DNA from: Spirochaetaceae bacterium
GTDB taxonomy: Bacteria > Spirochaetota > Spirochaetia > DSM-2461
Reading direction: 5' to 3'
NCBI GenBank assembly: GCA_051531975.1
Contig: JAOPTT010000002.1
Location: forward strand, 121,968-185,967
Length of the DNA stretch: 64,000 bases
Each line of letters begins with the position of its first letter. Within the stretch, counting starts at the first letter, position 1. Made by a program: the position numbers and the translations under genes. The notes below the pieces were generated by a model, which did no database searches, was not told where the DNA came from, and saw only the letters and a list, made by a program, of their open reading frames with translations. Shown one piece after another: positions 19,133 through 28,662 of the stretch.

Positions 19133-20506
19133 ATTTATTGGGATCTTAGTTGTTACTGAAGATAGCTCCCATAAATTTGATGTTAAGATTAGAATTCCAA
19201 TGCCTTTTTTAATTAATAATTCAATTAGAGATATTGTTAAATTTTCTAAATGTCTATCTACACTAGAAAATGGTTTTATTAAAATAACCAAATCTGGAGA
19301 ATATAAATGTAGCCTTAAATAAGCTAAAGAGTGTAATTCGTTAGTTGATAAGTCACAAACTTTCTCATCTAATACTCCAGGTGGGAAGTACTTAGAATAA
19401 CTACTTTTAATGTGTTTTCTATATTTTGTTCTTTGCCAAAAAAAAGGAACTTTATTTGATAGGGAAAACGCTAAATTATCTATTGCTGTAAAATCTGGAA
19501 ATAGCATTGTTTTGGTTGGATCTTCATCTATAATACCAATATTATTCTTAAATAAAATCCTTGTGGAAATTCTATTACAGATTCGACCTTTAAAAAGTAC
19601 ATTTCCAGTATAAGACCTGCTCTCACCAACTAATATTTTTTTTATTTCCTTGGTAGCAGAACCCTCTAAATCTACTAACCCAAGAACTTCACCTCTGTTT
19701 ATTGAAAAATTTAGATCTCCTAAGTTTTTATTTGATATCTTATCAAATCTTATAATTTCATTGCCAATATTTTTAGATGATATAATAGGTTTTCTAATAT
19801 TATTATCTAAATTGAAAAAGGAGTTTATTATAGATTCATCAAAATGCCCATCTCTAAAGGTCCACATATTTCTACCATTTTTAAGAATAATTACTCTGGA
19901 ACTAAATCTTTTAATAATATAACTAGTAGAGTCTAATATGACAAATGTTAAACCAACAGCTTTAAACATATTTAAATATCTATAAAGTGTATCAATCTCC
20001 TCGTGGGATAAAAAACTATATATGTTTTTGAATACAACTGCTGGGATTCTTAATATATAAGCTCTTAGAATCTCTACTAGGACCTTCTCTAGTTGTGTAA
20101 GCTCTTTTATATAGGAATTTGATTTAATTTCTATTCCCAGTTTTTTTAACATAATATCTGCTTGAAACTCTAACTTTTTTCTATTTATATAATACTTTCT
20201 AAAACCTTTTCTAATTACAAATATATTATCAGCAACTGTAAAATTATCGATCAGCTGACACTTTTTATGTATTACAATTACCTTCTTGCCTATATCTTTA
20301 TAGGGTTTACCTTTAAACAGAACTCTTCCAGAACTTTGAACATCATTTTTACTTAGAACTTCTATTAGACTATCAATTTCCCTTGAATTATGGGTTAAAA
20401 CTCCTAAAATCTCACCTTTATATAACTCCATGGAGAACTTTTTTAATCTAATTCTACCACTATAAGAAGCATCTATATGTTCTAAACGAAATAACTCCTC
20501 TTTCAT
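19106..20506 (-). CDS. Degenerate (catalytically inactive) two-domain sugar ABC ATPase homolog
   Basis: RbsA-like scaffold ('LYKGEILG', 'FTVADNIF', 'RVIILKNGR', 'RGEVLGL', 'GIGILILTS'); Walker A, Walker B and signature motifs absent in both halves. Confidence 0.75.
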   Translation of the reverse strand: MKEELFRLEHIDASYSGRIRLKKFSMELYKGEILGVLTHNSREIDSLIEVLSKNDVQSSGRVLFKGKPYKDIGKKVIVIHKKCQLIDNFTVADNIFVIRKGFRKYYINRKKLEFQADIMLKKLGIEIKSNSYIKELTQLEKVLVEILRAYILRIPAVVFKNIYSFLSHEEIDTLYRYLNMFKAVGLTFVILDSTSYIIKRFSSRVIILKNGRNMWTFRDGHFDESIINSFFNLDNNIRKPIISSKNIGNEIIRFDKISNKNLGDLNFSINRGEVLGLVDLEGSATKEIKKILVGESRSYTGNVLFKGRICNRISTRILFKNNIGIIDEDPTKTMLFPDFTAIDNLAFSLSNKVPFFWQRTKYRKHIKSSYSKYFPPGVLDEKVCDLSTNELHSLAYLRLHLYSPDLVILIKPFSSVDRHLENLTISLIELLIKKGIGILILTSNLWELSSVTTKIPINIQRLPPST

Positions 20507-21483
20507 AGCGGTAATACAATATCGATTGCTGTACCAACTCCTACAGCACTTCTAATGTTTATTCCATAACCATCCCCAAGTAGAAGTTTAATTCTATTAT
20601 TTACGTTTTTAATAGCAATCCCACCTTGTTCTTCTTGTTTTTCATCCTCTGTATTCATGTTAATAGAATCTAAGTTTTTTATTAATTTAGCAAGTTTTTC
20701 CTCTGGAATTCCAACTCCATTGTCTTCGATTGTTATTAAAAGTAGCTTATCAGTAGTTGAAAATATTATCTTGATTTCACCCTTATCTATCTTCTCTTCT
20801 AAACCGTGAATAATTGCATTCTCAAAAAATGGTTGTAAAATTAGTTTAGGGATCATTGTTAAACCAATACTTCTATCACAGCCATCGTACTCTTCTGACA
20901 TTTTAATCTGATCCCCAAACCTATAATTTTGAATTACCAAATAGTTTTTTAAATTAGCCATCTCCTGATCCAGGGTAACAAGTTTATCTATACGACTAAT
21001 TGTATACCTAAAATAGACAGCTAAAGATTCAACAATTTTTGCTATATTATTAACACCTATACTTAATGCATCCGATCTAATACCCTCTAATGTATTATAT
21101 AAAAAATGTGGATTGATCTGATTCTGAAGAGCTAAATATTGGGCATGTTTATTTGAGTTTTTAATAACGTCTTCTGTTCTTAAATTATTGTCAATTTTAG
21201 TAAGTAAGTTTTCAATCTCAGGAGAAATAGAGTAACTACTCTTAAAAAACTCACTATTTTCATAACCATATGTATAATTTTTAATTAGCGTTTTAAGTTT
21301 ATAATAAGGTAATATAATAAATAGTGTTGTTACTATTAAAAACAGTATATTACCTACTAATATTAGAATTTTTAGATCAGAAGAAGTCGTTATTAATATT
21401 AGAAGTGTTATAATATTGAATGCAAATATAAGGAAAAAATATAAAAAAACTCTCTGAGCTAAATATTTTCTATGTTTAACCAC
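20503..21483 (-). CDS. YesM/LytS-type sensor histidine kinase without an extracytoplasmic domain
   Basis: 'LQNQINPHFLYNTL', 'PKLILQPFFENAIIHG', 'DNGVG', 'NVNNRIKL'; two closely spaced N-terminal TM helices. Confidence 0.9.
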   Translation of the reverse strand: MVKHRKYLAQRVFLYFFLIFAFNIITLLILITTSSDLKILILVGNILFLIVTTLFIILPYYKLKTLIKNYTYGYENSEFFKSSYSISPEIENLLTKIDNNLRTEDVIKNSNKHAQYLALQNQINPHFLYNTLEGIRSDALSIGVNNIAKIVESLAVYFRYTISRIDKLVTLDQEMANLKNYLVIQNYRFGDQIKMSEEYDGCDRSIGLTMIPKLILQPFFENAIIHGLEEKIDKGEIKIIFSTTDKLLLITIEDNGVGIPEEKLAKLIKNLDSINMNTEDEKQEEQGGIAIKNVNNRIKLLLGDGYGINIRSAVGVGTAIDIVLPL

Positions 21484-21492
21484 AAATACCCC

Positions 21493-23070
21493 CTAGTAAT
21501 AAATCTTTCTATACTCAATTGGGCTAAGACCAACTATTTTTTTAAACTGTTTTGTAAAGTGTTTAGTATCTTTATATCCAACTTCACTTGCTGTATCAGA
21601 GATAAGTCTTTTAGGGTCACCTAATAACTCTTTTGCCTCTTCTATTCTTATCCCAGTTAAATACTCTAAAAAACCAATACCAGTTTCTTTCTTAAAAAGT
21701 GAGGAGAAGTAAGTTGGATTCATTTCCACAAATTCACTTACTTCATTTAAGGTTAAGTTCATAAAAAAATTATCGTTAATATATTCCTTAGCCGTGGTTA
21801 TTGGTTGAGCTTCTCTATTTTCCTTGGTGTCTTTTTGTTCTCTTATCAGAGCACATATCTTGTTTATCAGCAGAGAAAATATAGCAGAAAGAGTACTTTG
21901 ATTATTTAATACATCTTTAAAATTTGTTAATTCATTTTCTAGTTCTTTAGGGTTTTCTGCTCTTATCTTTAGTATAAAATAGACATCGGCCAATATATCA
22001 CTGATAACATCAAAAGAGAGCTGACCACTATTATCTGGTGATTCCAATAGATCCATTAAGATACTATCCAATGTTCTTTTTACATTTATTTCATCTAATA
22101 TCTCTGTATATTTAACTATGTCATTTTTAATAAATGTATAACTTAAGTCTTTAATATTTATATTTTTTTGACTTCTTTTTTTTGTAATTATTTTATCACA
22201 ACCTACTATAATCCTATCTGCAATAAGTTCTAATACGTCATTTTTTTTAGAAAAGATAAGGTTTATATCATCAAAACAATCCCCCACAGAAATTGTTGTA
22301 TGTAGGTTTCTAAAAAGGTCTTTTATTGAGTGTAAATCTTCAATAATATCTATTAAAGCTGTATCAATGTAACTACAAGATTTTTCATTAACATTTAACA
22401 ACATATATAACCCGTTATTATCATTGTAAAGAAAATAATTTAAATCTAAATCATCTAACTTTTTTCTAACTATATTTTCTGTTTTTGTCTGTAACATAAT
22501 AAATTCATTTCTGTTTAAGGTTGTGGTATTTAAGTCATTTTTTAATAGAATAATTTTAAACAGATCTTTAGATAGATCAACATTATATAAATCTGTTAGA
22601 TTGGCAATAACAAGAGGTATATCGTTCCTTTGTTCAAAAATATTTTTTAGTAATGTATTTTCTCCATTAAAACTGATTTTTAACTCTCTTTGCATAACTT
22701 TATTTAATATGTTACTTAGAGCTTTATTTAATTCATCGGCCTGAACTGGTTTTAGTAGATAATCCTCCACCCCATATTTTATTGCATTATGGGCATATTC
22801 AAAACGTTTATATCCGCTAATAATTATAAAATTAAGATCATTGAATATCTCTTTTGCTTTGCAGATAAGTTCAATACCATTAAATCCCGGCATTTTCATA
22901 TCTAAGATTACAATATCTGGTTTTTGGTTCTTAATTAAGTCCAAAGCGCTTATACCATCGTTGGCTGTACCTACTAATTCTAGGGATAAATTATTCCAAT
23001 CTATTAGTGACTTTATAAGTTTAACAATCTTCTTCTCATCATCAACAATTATTATTTTAGACCTATTCAT
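21493..23070 (-). CDS. YesN-type response regulator (receiver plus C-terminal AraC HTH)
   Basis: 'IIIVDDE', 'DMKMPG', 'DYLLKP'; C-terminal 'YFSSLFKKETG', 'VGYKDTKHFTKQFKK'. Start likely ATG 23070 (track: GTG 23088). Confidence 0.92.
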   Translation of the reverse strand: MNRSKIIIVDDEKKIVKLIKSLIDWNNLSLELVGTANDGISALDLIKNQKPDIVILDMKMPGFNGIELICKAKEIFNDLNFIIISGYKRFEYAHNAIKYGVEDYLLKPVQADELNKALSNILNKVMQRELKISFNGENTLLKNIFEQRNDIPLVIANLTDLYNVDLSKDLFKIILLKNDLNTTTLNRNEFIMLQTKTENIVRKKLDDLDLNYFLYNDNNGLYMLLNVNEKSCSYIDTALIDIIEDLHSIKDLFRNLHTTISVGDCFDDINLIFSKKNDVLELIADRIIVGCDKIITKKRSQKNINIKDLSYTFIKNDIVKYTEILDEINVKRTLDSILMDLLESPDNSGQLSFDVISDILADVYFILKIRAENPKELENELTNFKDVLNNQSTLSAIFSLLINKICALIREQKDTKENREAQPITTAKEYINDNFFMNLTLNEVSEFVEMNPTYFSSLFKKETGIGFLEYLTGIRIEEAKELLGDPKRLISDTASEVGYKDTKHFTKQFKKIVGLSPIEYRKIYY

Positions 23071-23141
23071 ATTTAAATAATATACCACACTATATAATAT
23101 TCTTGTTGTTAAAAGTCTAGTTTTTGTTTTAAAATGATATT

Positions 23142-23981
23142 ATGAGTATAGACAGACTTCCCATAGGGATACATGCAAATATTGAACATGGTATACAAAT
23201 ATTCTTTCATAAGGGTGAAACTATCCTTTTTTCAGCTCATGGACACTTTTTTTATGAAATATTTTACGTAACAGAAGGTAAAGCGACTCATTGGTGTAAT
23301 AATGCATCTTCATTAATAAAAAAAGGATCTCTAATATTTATTCGCCCAGGTGATATTCATCAGTATATGGATACAAGCCCAAATTTCTCATTTTACAATT
23401 TAGTATTTTCAGTGGATACTGCAATAAAACTATTCTCTCTCTACGATAGTGAGTTAATATCAGATAATATAGTAAACTCTCACCTATCCCCGGAAGTGAC
23501 TTTAAATCCTAAAGAGGCTGATATTTTATCTAGTAAGTTTGATAAAGATATAGAGACTACAGATATTAAAACTAGATCATTTTTTAATGTCGAACTGTTA
23601 ACTTCTCTACTACCTATGTTTATTACCTCTCATCAGTATAAAAAAGATATACTTCCAAACTGGTTCCAAGAACTTTTAGAGCTTATCGATGTAGATAAAA
23701 ACTATACAAAAGGACTGACTTATATTTATAGTTTAGCAACAAGAAGTAAAGAGCATGTAAGTAGGAGTTTTAAAAAATATTTTGATACAACACCAACAGA
23801 TTATATAAACGAAAAAAAGCTAATATACGCATCAAACTTATTAAGACAGACAAACATTGAAATTATAGATATAGGAGATATGGCTGGGTTTAACTCCCAC
23901 AGCCATTTCTACCATCTGTTTAAGAAGAAATTCACAAATTCTCCTAAACAGTACAGAATTGAACACTCTGCTATTGTTTAA
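23142..23981 (+). CDS. AraC-family transcriptional regulator with cupin domain (ChbR-like)
   Basis: 'HGHFFYEIFYV..G...H', 'FIRPGDIH', 'SKEHVSRSFKK', 'GFNSHSHFYHLFKK'. Confidence 0.9.
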   Translation: MSIDRLPIGIHANIEHGIQIFFHKGETILFSAHGHFFYEIFYVTEGKATHWCNNASSLIKKGSLIFIRPGDIHQYMDTSPNFSFYNLVFSVDTAIKLFSLYDSELISDNIVNSHLSPEVTLNPKEADILSSKFDKDIETTDIKTRSFFNVELLTSLLPMFITSHQYKKDILPNWFQELLELIDVDKNYTKGLTYIYSLATRSKEHVSRSFKKYFDTTPTDYINEKKLIYASNLLRQTNIEIIDIGDMAGFNSHSHFYHLFKKKFTNSPKQYRIEHSAIV

Positions 23982-25486
23982 ACTTTTACTTCAGATTCTT
24001 CATCTAATTTTTTAACCTGTTTTGATTTTCTATAACCACTTATTATTACAAATACTGCTAATAATAGGAATATAATACTTATTGGTCTTGTTAAAAATGT
24101 TGTAAGATCACCATGGGATAACATTAATGCTCTTCGCATATTTTGTTCAGCCATAGGTCCTAAAATTAGGGCTAATAGAATAGGAGATACAGAGAAACCA
24201 CCATATTCCATAAAGTAAGCAACAATACCAATAACTAATGCTAAACCAACATCAAAAAAGCTAAACCTCATTGCATAAGATCCCATAATACATAGTAAGA
24301 AAATAACAGGAGTTAAAATTTTTCTGTTTATATTTATCAGTTTTGCGAATAGTTTAGCTCCGCTTAACCCAACAATCAATAGTGCTAATTGGCAAAGAAT
24401 CATACCAGCAAAAATAGGATATACAATTTCTAGGTGGTCTCTAAATAGTAATGGTCCAGGCTGAAGACCATGGATAGTTAATGCACCAAGAAGTACTGCA
24501 GTTACTGCATCCCCTGGGATACCTAATGTTAACATTGGGATCATAGCTCCGCCTGTTGCACCATTATTAGCGGCTTCTGGAGCAGCGATACCTTCTAATG
24601 CACCTTTTCCAAATTTCTCAGGGTGTTTAGATGTTCTTTTAGCTTCTCCATAAGCGATAAATGCTGCAATATCACATCCAAGTCCTGGTACAGAACCTAT
24701 AAATGTACCTAATGTTCCAGATTTTAACATTGTTGGAAGTAGTTTAACCAGCTCTTTTCCAGTTGGTAATATTCTACCAACATTTGATTTTATATGGGGA
24801 ATTAACTCCATTTTTTCAATATTTCTGAATACCTGAGCAAATCCAAATAGTCCAATTAGGGCAGGTATAAATGTAATACCACCTAAAAGGTTTTGACTAC
24901 CAAATGCAAACCTTGGTACTCCTGAAAGTGGGTCAAAACCTATCGTTGTTAATAACAAACCAAACAGAGCAGATATAACACCTTTTAAAATAGATTTACC
25001 AGATATAGATACAATCATAGATAAACCAAATATAGCTAATGAAAAGAACTCTGCTGGTCCAAATTTCAGTCCAATTTTTGCAATTTGTGGTGATAAAAAC
25101 GACATAATTAATGCACCAATTGTTCCACCTACAAAAGATGCGATTGTTGCAATACCAATAGCTTTACCAGCTTCGCCCTTCTGGGATAACGGGTGGCCAT
25201 CTAACAGAGTTGCAGCTGCAGCAGGAGTTCCTGGAGTTCTAATTAAAATACCAGAGATGGAACCACCATAAATTCCGCCAGAGAATATACCCATAAGCAT
25301 CAATAACCCTTGAATTGGGTGCATGTTAAATGTAAATGGAATTAAAAGGGCACAACCCATAGTTGCAGTTAAACCTGGTAAAGACCCAACAATTATACCT
25401 GCAGTTACACCTATAAGTACAAAAACAAGGCTTAAAGGGTTAGTAAAAATAGTTTGAAACGCGTCTAATAAATATGTAAAACTCAC
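23978..25486 (-). CDS. tctA: Tripartite tricarboxylate transporter permease TctA
   Basis: 'GSLPGL', 'YGGSISGILIRTPGTP', 'APEAANN', 'PMLTLGIPGD', 'GLQPGPLLF'. Confidence 0.93.
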   Translation of the reverse strand: MSFTYLLDAFQTIFTNPLSLVFVLIGVTAGIIVGSLPGLTATMGCALLIPFTFNMHPIQGLLMLMGIFSGGIYGGSISGILIRTPGTPAAAATLLDGHPLSQKGEAGKAIGIATIASFVGGTIGALIMSFLSPQIAKIGLKFGPAEFFSLAIFGLSMIVSISGKSILKGVISALFGLLLTTIGFDPLSGVPRFAFGSQNLLGGITFIPALIGLFGFAQVFRNIEKMELIPHIKSNVGRILPTGKELVKLLPTMLKSGTLGTFIGSVPGLGCDIAAFIAYGEAKRTSKHPEKFGKGALEGIAAPEAANNGATGGAMIPMLTLGIPGDAVTAVLLGALTIHGLQPGPLLFRDHLEIVYPIFAGMILCQLALLIVGLSGAKLFAKLININRKILTPVIFLLCIMGSYAMRFSFFDVGLALVIGIVAYFMEYGGFSVSPILLALILGPMAEQNMRRALMLSHGDLTTFLTRPISIIFLLLAVFVIISGYRKSKQVKKLDEESEVKV

Positions 25487-25962
25487 ATTCCACCTCCTGA
25501 AATCAATCTGAATATTATTCCTTCTGGAAGTGGGATCTTTAAGAAGAAATAAAATATACCATATACAGCTAAGCTAACACTTAGTGTACTAATAATTCTT
25601 GTTTTAAGATGTTTATGTCCTATGTATGTCATTAATACATAAAGAAATATAAGTGTTGCAAAAAAGAATCCAATTAATTGCATAACAAATAGATAAACTA
25701 TGCATATCGCTAATGTAATCGAAGCTCGAATAAAACCTTTTTTATCAATTGTCTCAAGGTCTTTCTGGGAATTACCTTTCACAGCCTGAATAATTAATAA
25801 TATAGAAGCGGTTAACATTAAAATGCATAGAGCCTGAGGAAAAAAGTTGGGACCATATTGTGATACCCCAGCCCCTTTATACTGACCTGCATATAAAAAT
25901 ACGATGATACTTAATAGAGATAGGCCACTCCCTACTCCAAGATCAATTCGTTTACTGTTCAT
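25483..25962 (-). CDS. tctB: Tripartite tricarboxylate transporter small subunit TctB
   Basis: Four TM helices, 'GPNFFP', 'IGFFFAT', 'LKIPLPEG'; start ATG 25962 after AGGGAG. Confidence 0.85.
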   Translation of the reverse strand: MNSKRIDLGVGSGLSLLSIIVFLYAGQYKGAGVSQYGPNFFPQALCILMLTASILLIIQAVKGNSQKDLETIDKKGFIRASITLAICIVYLFVMQLIGFFFATLIFLYVLMTYIGHKHLKTRIISTLSVSLAVYGIFYFFLKIPLPEGIIFRLISGGGM

Positions 25963-26016
25963 AAATTCTCCCTGTAAAAAAGAAGTTGCCCTAAATAAGG
26001 ACAACTTTTTAATTTA

Positions 26017-26988
26017 TTATTTTAATAGACCTACAGAATTTAGTGTTGGTTTTAAAACTGCTTCCATGTTTGATAAGAAAGCTTCAAATCCATCAGCATC
26101 TCTATAAACTAGAACTAATCCAACTTCATCACAAAATGTTTTGAACTCAGGATCGTTGAACATTTTTTTGAATCCTTCTTCTAAGAACTTAACTCTTTCA
26201 GCTGGAACACCTTTTGGAAGTGCTAAACCTCTCCAGTCAAGAACTGGTGCATCAATTTTGTAACCAGCTTCAGATACTGTTGGAACATTAGGGAATGCTG
26301 GGTGTCTTTCAGGTGCATTTACAGCTAAAAGTTTAATTTCACCTGCTTCATATAGTTGTTTCATCTCATCTATACCAGTAGCAGCAACATCTACATGTCC
26401 ACCTAATAGGGCAGATCTTGTAGGAGCAGCACCGTCAAATGGTACATAGTTAAAATCGATATCGTATAAAGTCCCTAATGCAGCAGCAGATAAATGCCAT
26501 GCAACACCAGCACCAGTATGTCCAATAGAAACTGAACCAGGATTAGCTTTTGCATATTTAACAACTTCGTCTAATGTATTAAACTCAGAGTTTGCTCCTA
26601 CACTTAAAGCTGCTGGACTTTGGTTTAATAGTTGTAAAAGTTCAAAATCTCTAAAAGTTAAGTCAGTTAAACCCATTAATTTATATGTACTAAGACCAAA
26701 AGTAATCAGACCAGCAGTATAACCATCAGCCCGGGCTGATTTTGTAGCTGCCATTCCAACAACACCCTGACCACCAGTTTTGTTTACAACATTTACATTT
26801 ACACCAATGTAATCTTTTGCATTTTTAACTAAAGCTCTAGCAATAGTATCAGTACCACCACCAGCAGACCAAGGAACTATAAGTGTTAAATCCTTCTCTG
26901 GAAAACTGCTACCACTTTCTTGCTGACCCTCAGCAAAAAGACTACTTACCATAACTAATGTTAATAATAATACGGCAATTTTTTTCAT
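26017..26988 (-). CDS. tctC: Tripartite tricarboxylate transporter substrate-binding protein TctC
   Basis: 'LIVPWSAGGGTDTIAR', 'VVNKTGG.G', 'ADGYT', 'VPFDG', 'ALLGGHVD', 'PNVPT'. Confidence 0.92.
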   Translation of the reverse strand: MKKIAVLLLTLVMVSSLFAEGQQESGSSFPEKDLTLIVPWSAGGGTDTIARALVKNAKDYIGVNVNVVNKTGGQGVVGMAATKSARADGYTAGLITFGLSTYKLMGLTDLTFRDFELLQLLNQSPAALSVGANSEFNTLDEVVKYAKANPGSVSIGHTGAGVAWHLSAAALGTLYDIDFNYVPFDGAAPTRSALLGGHVDVAATGIDEMKQLYEAGEIKLLAVNAPERHPAFPNVPTVSEAGYKIDAPVLDWRGLALPKGVPAERVKFLEEGFKKMFNDPEFKTFCDEVGLVLVYRDADGFEAFLSNMEAVLKPTLNSVGLLK

Positions 26989-27021
26989 TTTAAATCTCCT
27001 CTAAAAATATATAAATCAGGT

Positions 27022-27495
27022 TTAACTTAGATAAGGTAAACCAGGATTTTCTGTTTTAAATTTCTGATAATAATCTTGTGCAAGTTGCTGAATAGCTATA
27101 GCCATCCATCCACATACCAATACGTCGAACCAACCCTCTACACCACTTGCAGCAACAATTACACCTTCGTATTCAAAAGACCCATAAAAAGTTACATCTC
27201 CATCTTTTAAGGTTGCTGGAGATATTAGATGTTTATGAACATTGTCCCTACCATCTCTCCATGCTTGTTTTGCTTTTGCTCTTGCAAGAACATCGTATGG
27301 GTTTTCCCACGACTCTTTTTGGGTGGTTGAAAACTCTGCAAGTATTGCAGATTCAAAATCTAACTCCCAGGGATGAAACCTTGGATCCATAACAACAATG
27401 TGCATGTCTTTTCGTTTTGCGTAGCTATCTTGTAGCTTATGAATTGATGGTAAAATCAACTCATAGGCCTGTTCAGATATTTTTTTAATATCCAA
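27022..27495 (-). CDS. Hypothetical protein, possible GlcG/HbpS-like fold
   Basis: 157 aa with RBS; 'LARAKAKQA' and 'GVIVAASGVEGWFD' resemble the GlcG/HbpS 'A..KA..A' and 'GVSG....D' motifs. Confidence 0.6.
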   Translation of the reverse strand: MDIKKISEQAYELILPSIHKLQDSYAKRKDMHIVVMDPRFHPWELDFESAILAEFSTTQKESWENPYDVLARAKAKQAWRDGRDNVHKHLISPATLKDGDVTFYGSFEYEGVIVAASGVEGWFDVLVCGWMAIAIQQLAQDYYQKFKTENPGLPYLS

Positions 27496-27524
27496 TGAGG
27501 TCTCCTTATATGTGTATTATTTTA

Positions 27525-28523
27525 TTATTCGACTACCATGTTTAGAAATGTTTTTACATTTTTACTCCCTAGTATTTCTTCCATTTTTTTATAGGTTGGT
27601 CCCATCATGACTTTAAATTTCTCGATGTCAGGATAAATAATTTCCATACCTAACTCTTCTAACTGATTTAACAGTTCCGATTCAGCATCCTGAAGAACTT
27701 GACGCATATAATTTCCAGCTATTACACTCTCTTCTTTAATTATTGTTTGCTGATTTATTGTTAATCTATCCCATGTTCTTTTACTAATAACATGGACCAT
27801 AGAGTTATAAGTATGCCCTGTCATAGTCATATACTTTTGAGTTTCATAAATCTTAAATGCATGAATTACAGAAACAGGATTCTCCTGACCATCAACTACT
27901 CTCTGTTTTAAAGCCATAGGTAGTTCAGGCCAAGCTATTGTTTGTACTATAGCTCCAAAAGCTTCCATAGAAAGCTGATTAGCTAACTCTGGAGGGGTTC
28001 TTATTTTGAGTCCTTTTAAATCGTCTGGAGTATTAATTGGTCTAACATTATTAGTAATATTTCTGAAACCCCACTCCCAGTTTGATAAAAAGACTAAACC
28101 TTGAGCTTCAATATCTGGACCGGCCCACTGTATAAAAGGACCATCTAAGGTTCTATATGCCTGCTGATACCCATTAAAAACAAATGGTAACATTACACAA
28201 CCAAACTTTTTAGAATATTTTGCAAGCTGACCTTGGGAAGGCAGACTCATATCTATTGCACCTAAGATATTTTGCTCTAATACATCTGGAGGAGTTCCTA
28301 ATTGATTATTTGGATAGATTAGAATTTTAATTTTGCCCTTAGTTCTCTTTTCAACTGCTTCTGCAAACAGTTGACTAGCGACATTACCAGCATGGCCTTC
28401 ATTTGCAAAGTGACCCATCTTTAAAGTAATTGGTTCTGAATCAAGTATAGCTTCATTATCAGTTTTACTAAAACTCAAACTTAATACTAGAAAAAAACAT
28501 AAAAGAAAAAGACCTATTTTCAT
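27525..28523 (-). CDS. dctP: TRAP transporter substrate-binding protein DctP (no dctQM nearby)
   Basis: 'IYPNNQLG', 'GFRNITNNVRPINTPDDLKGLKIR', 'VVDGQENP'. Confidence 0.92.
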   Translation of the reverse strand: MKIGLFLLCFFLVLSLSFSKTDNEAILDSEPITLKMGHFANEGHAGNVASQLFAEAVEKRTKGKIKILIYPNNQLGTPPDVLEQNILGAIDMSLPSQGQLAKYSKKFGCVMLPFVFNGYQQAYRTLDGPFIQWAGPDIEAQGLVFLSNWEWGFRNITNNVRPINTPDDLKGLKIRTPPELANQLSMEAFGAIVQTIAWPELPMALKQRVVDGQENPVSVIHAFKIYETQKYMTMTGHTYNSMVHVISKRTWDRLTINQQTIIKEESVIAGNYMRQVLQDAESELLNQLEELGMEIIYPDIEKFKVMMGPTYKKMEEILGSKNVKTFLNMVVE

Positions 28524-28547
28524 CCAAACTCCTTATACAACTCTATT

Positions 28548-28563
28548 AGCAATTGGAATGCCA
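28548..28563 (-). promoter_or_regulatory. Sigma-54 (-24/-12) promoter of the dctP-orf-tctCBA operon
   Basis: Minus strand TGGCAT-TCCAA-TTGCT matches TGGCAC-N5-TTGCW, 24 bp upstream of the dctP start. Confidence 0.85.
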
Positions 28564-28627
28564 ACTTTTAAAACTATGTAAAAAGCTAATAAACCACACT
28601 TAAAGTATAAATCATGACTTGATAGTC

Positions 28628-28661
28628 TGCAAAAATTGCATAGTCTGTTGCAAAAATTTCA
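28628..28661. promoter_or_regulatory. Tandem enhancer (UAS) sites for the NtrC-type activator
   Basis: TGCAAAAATTGCA (28628-28640) and TGCAAAAATTTCA (28649-28661), 21-bp period, upstream of the sigma-54 promoter. Confidence 0.7.
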
Positions 28662-28662
28662 A

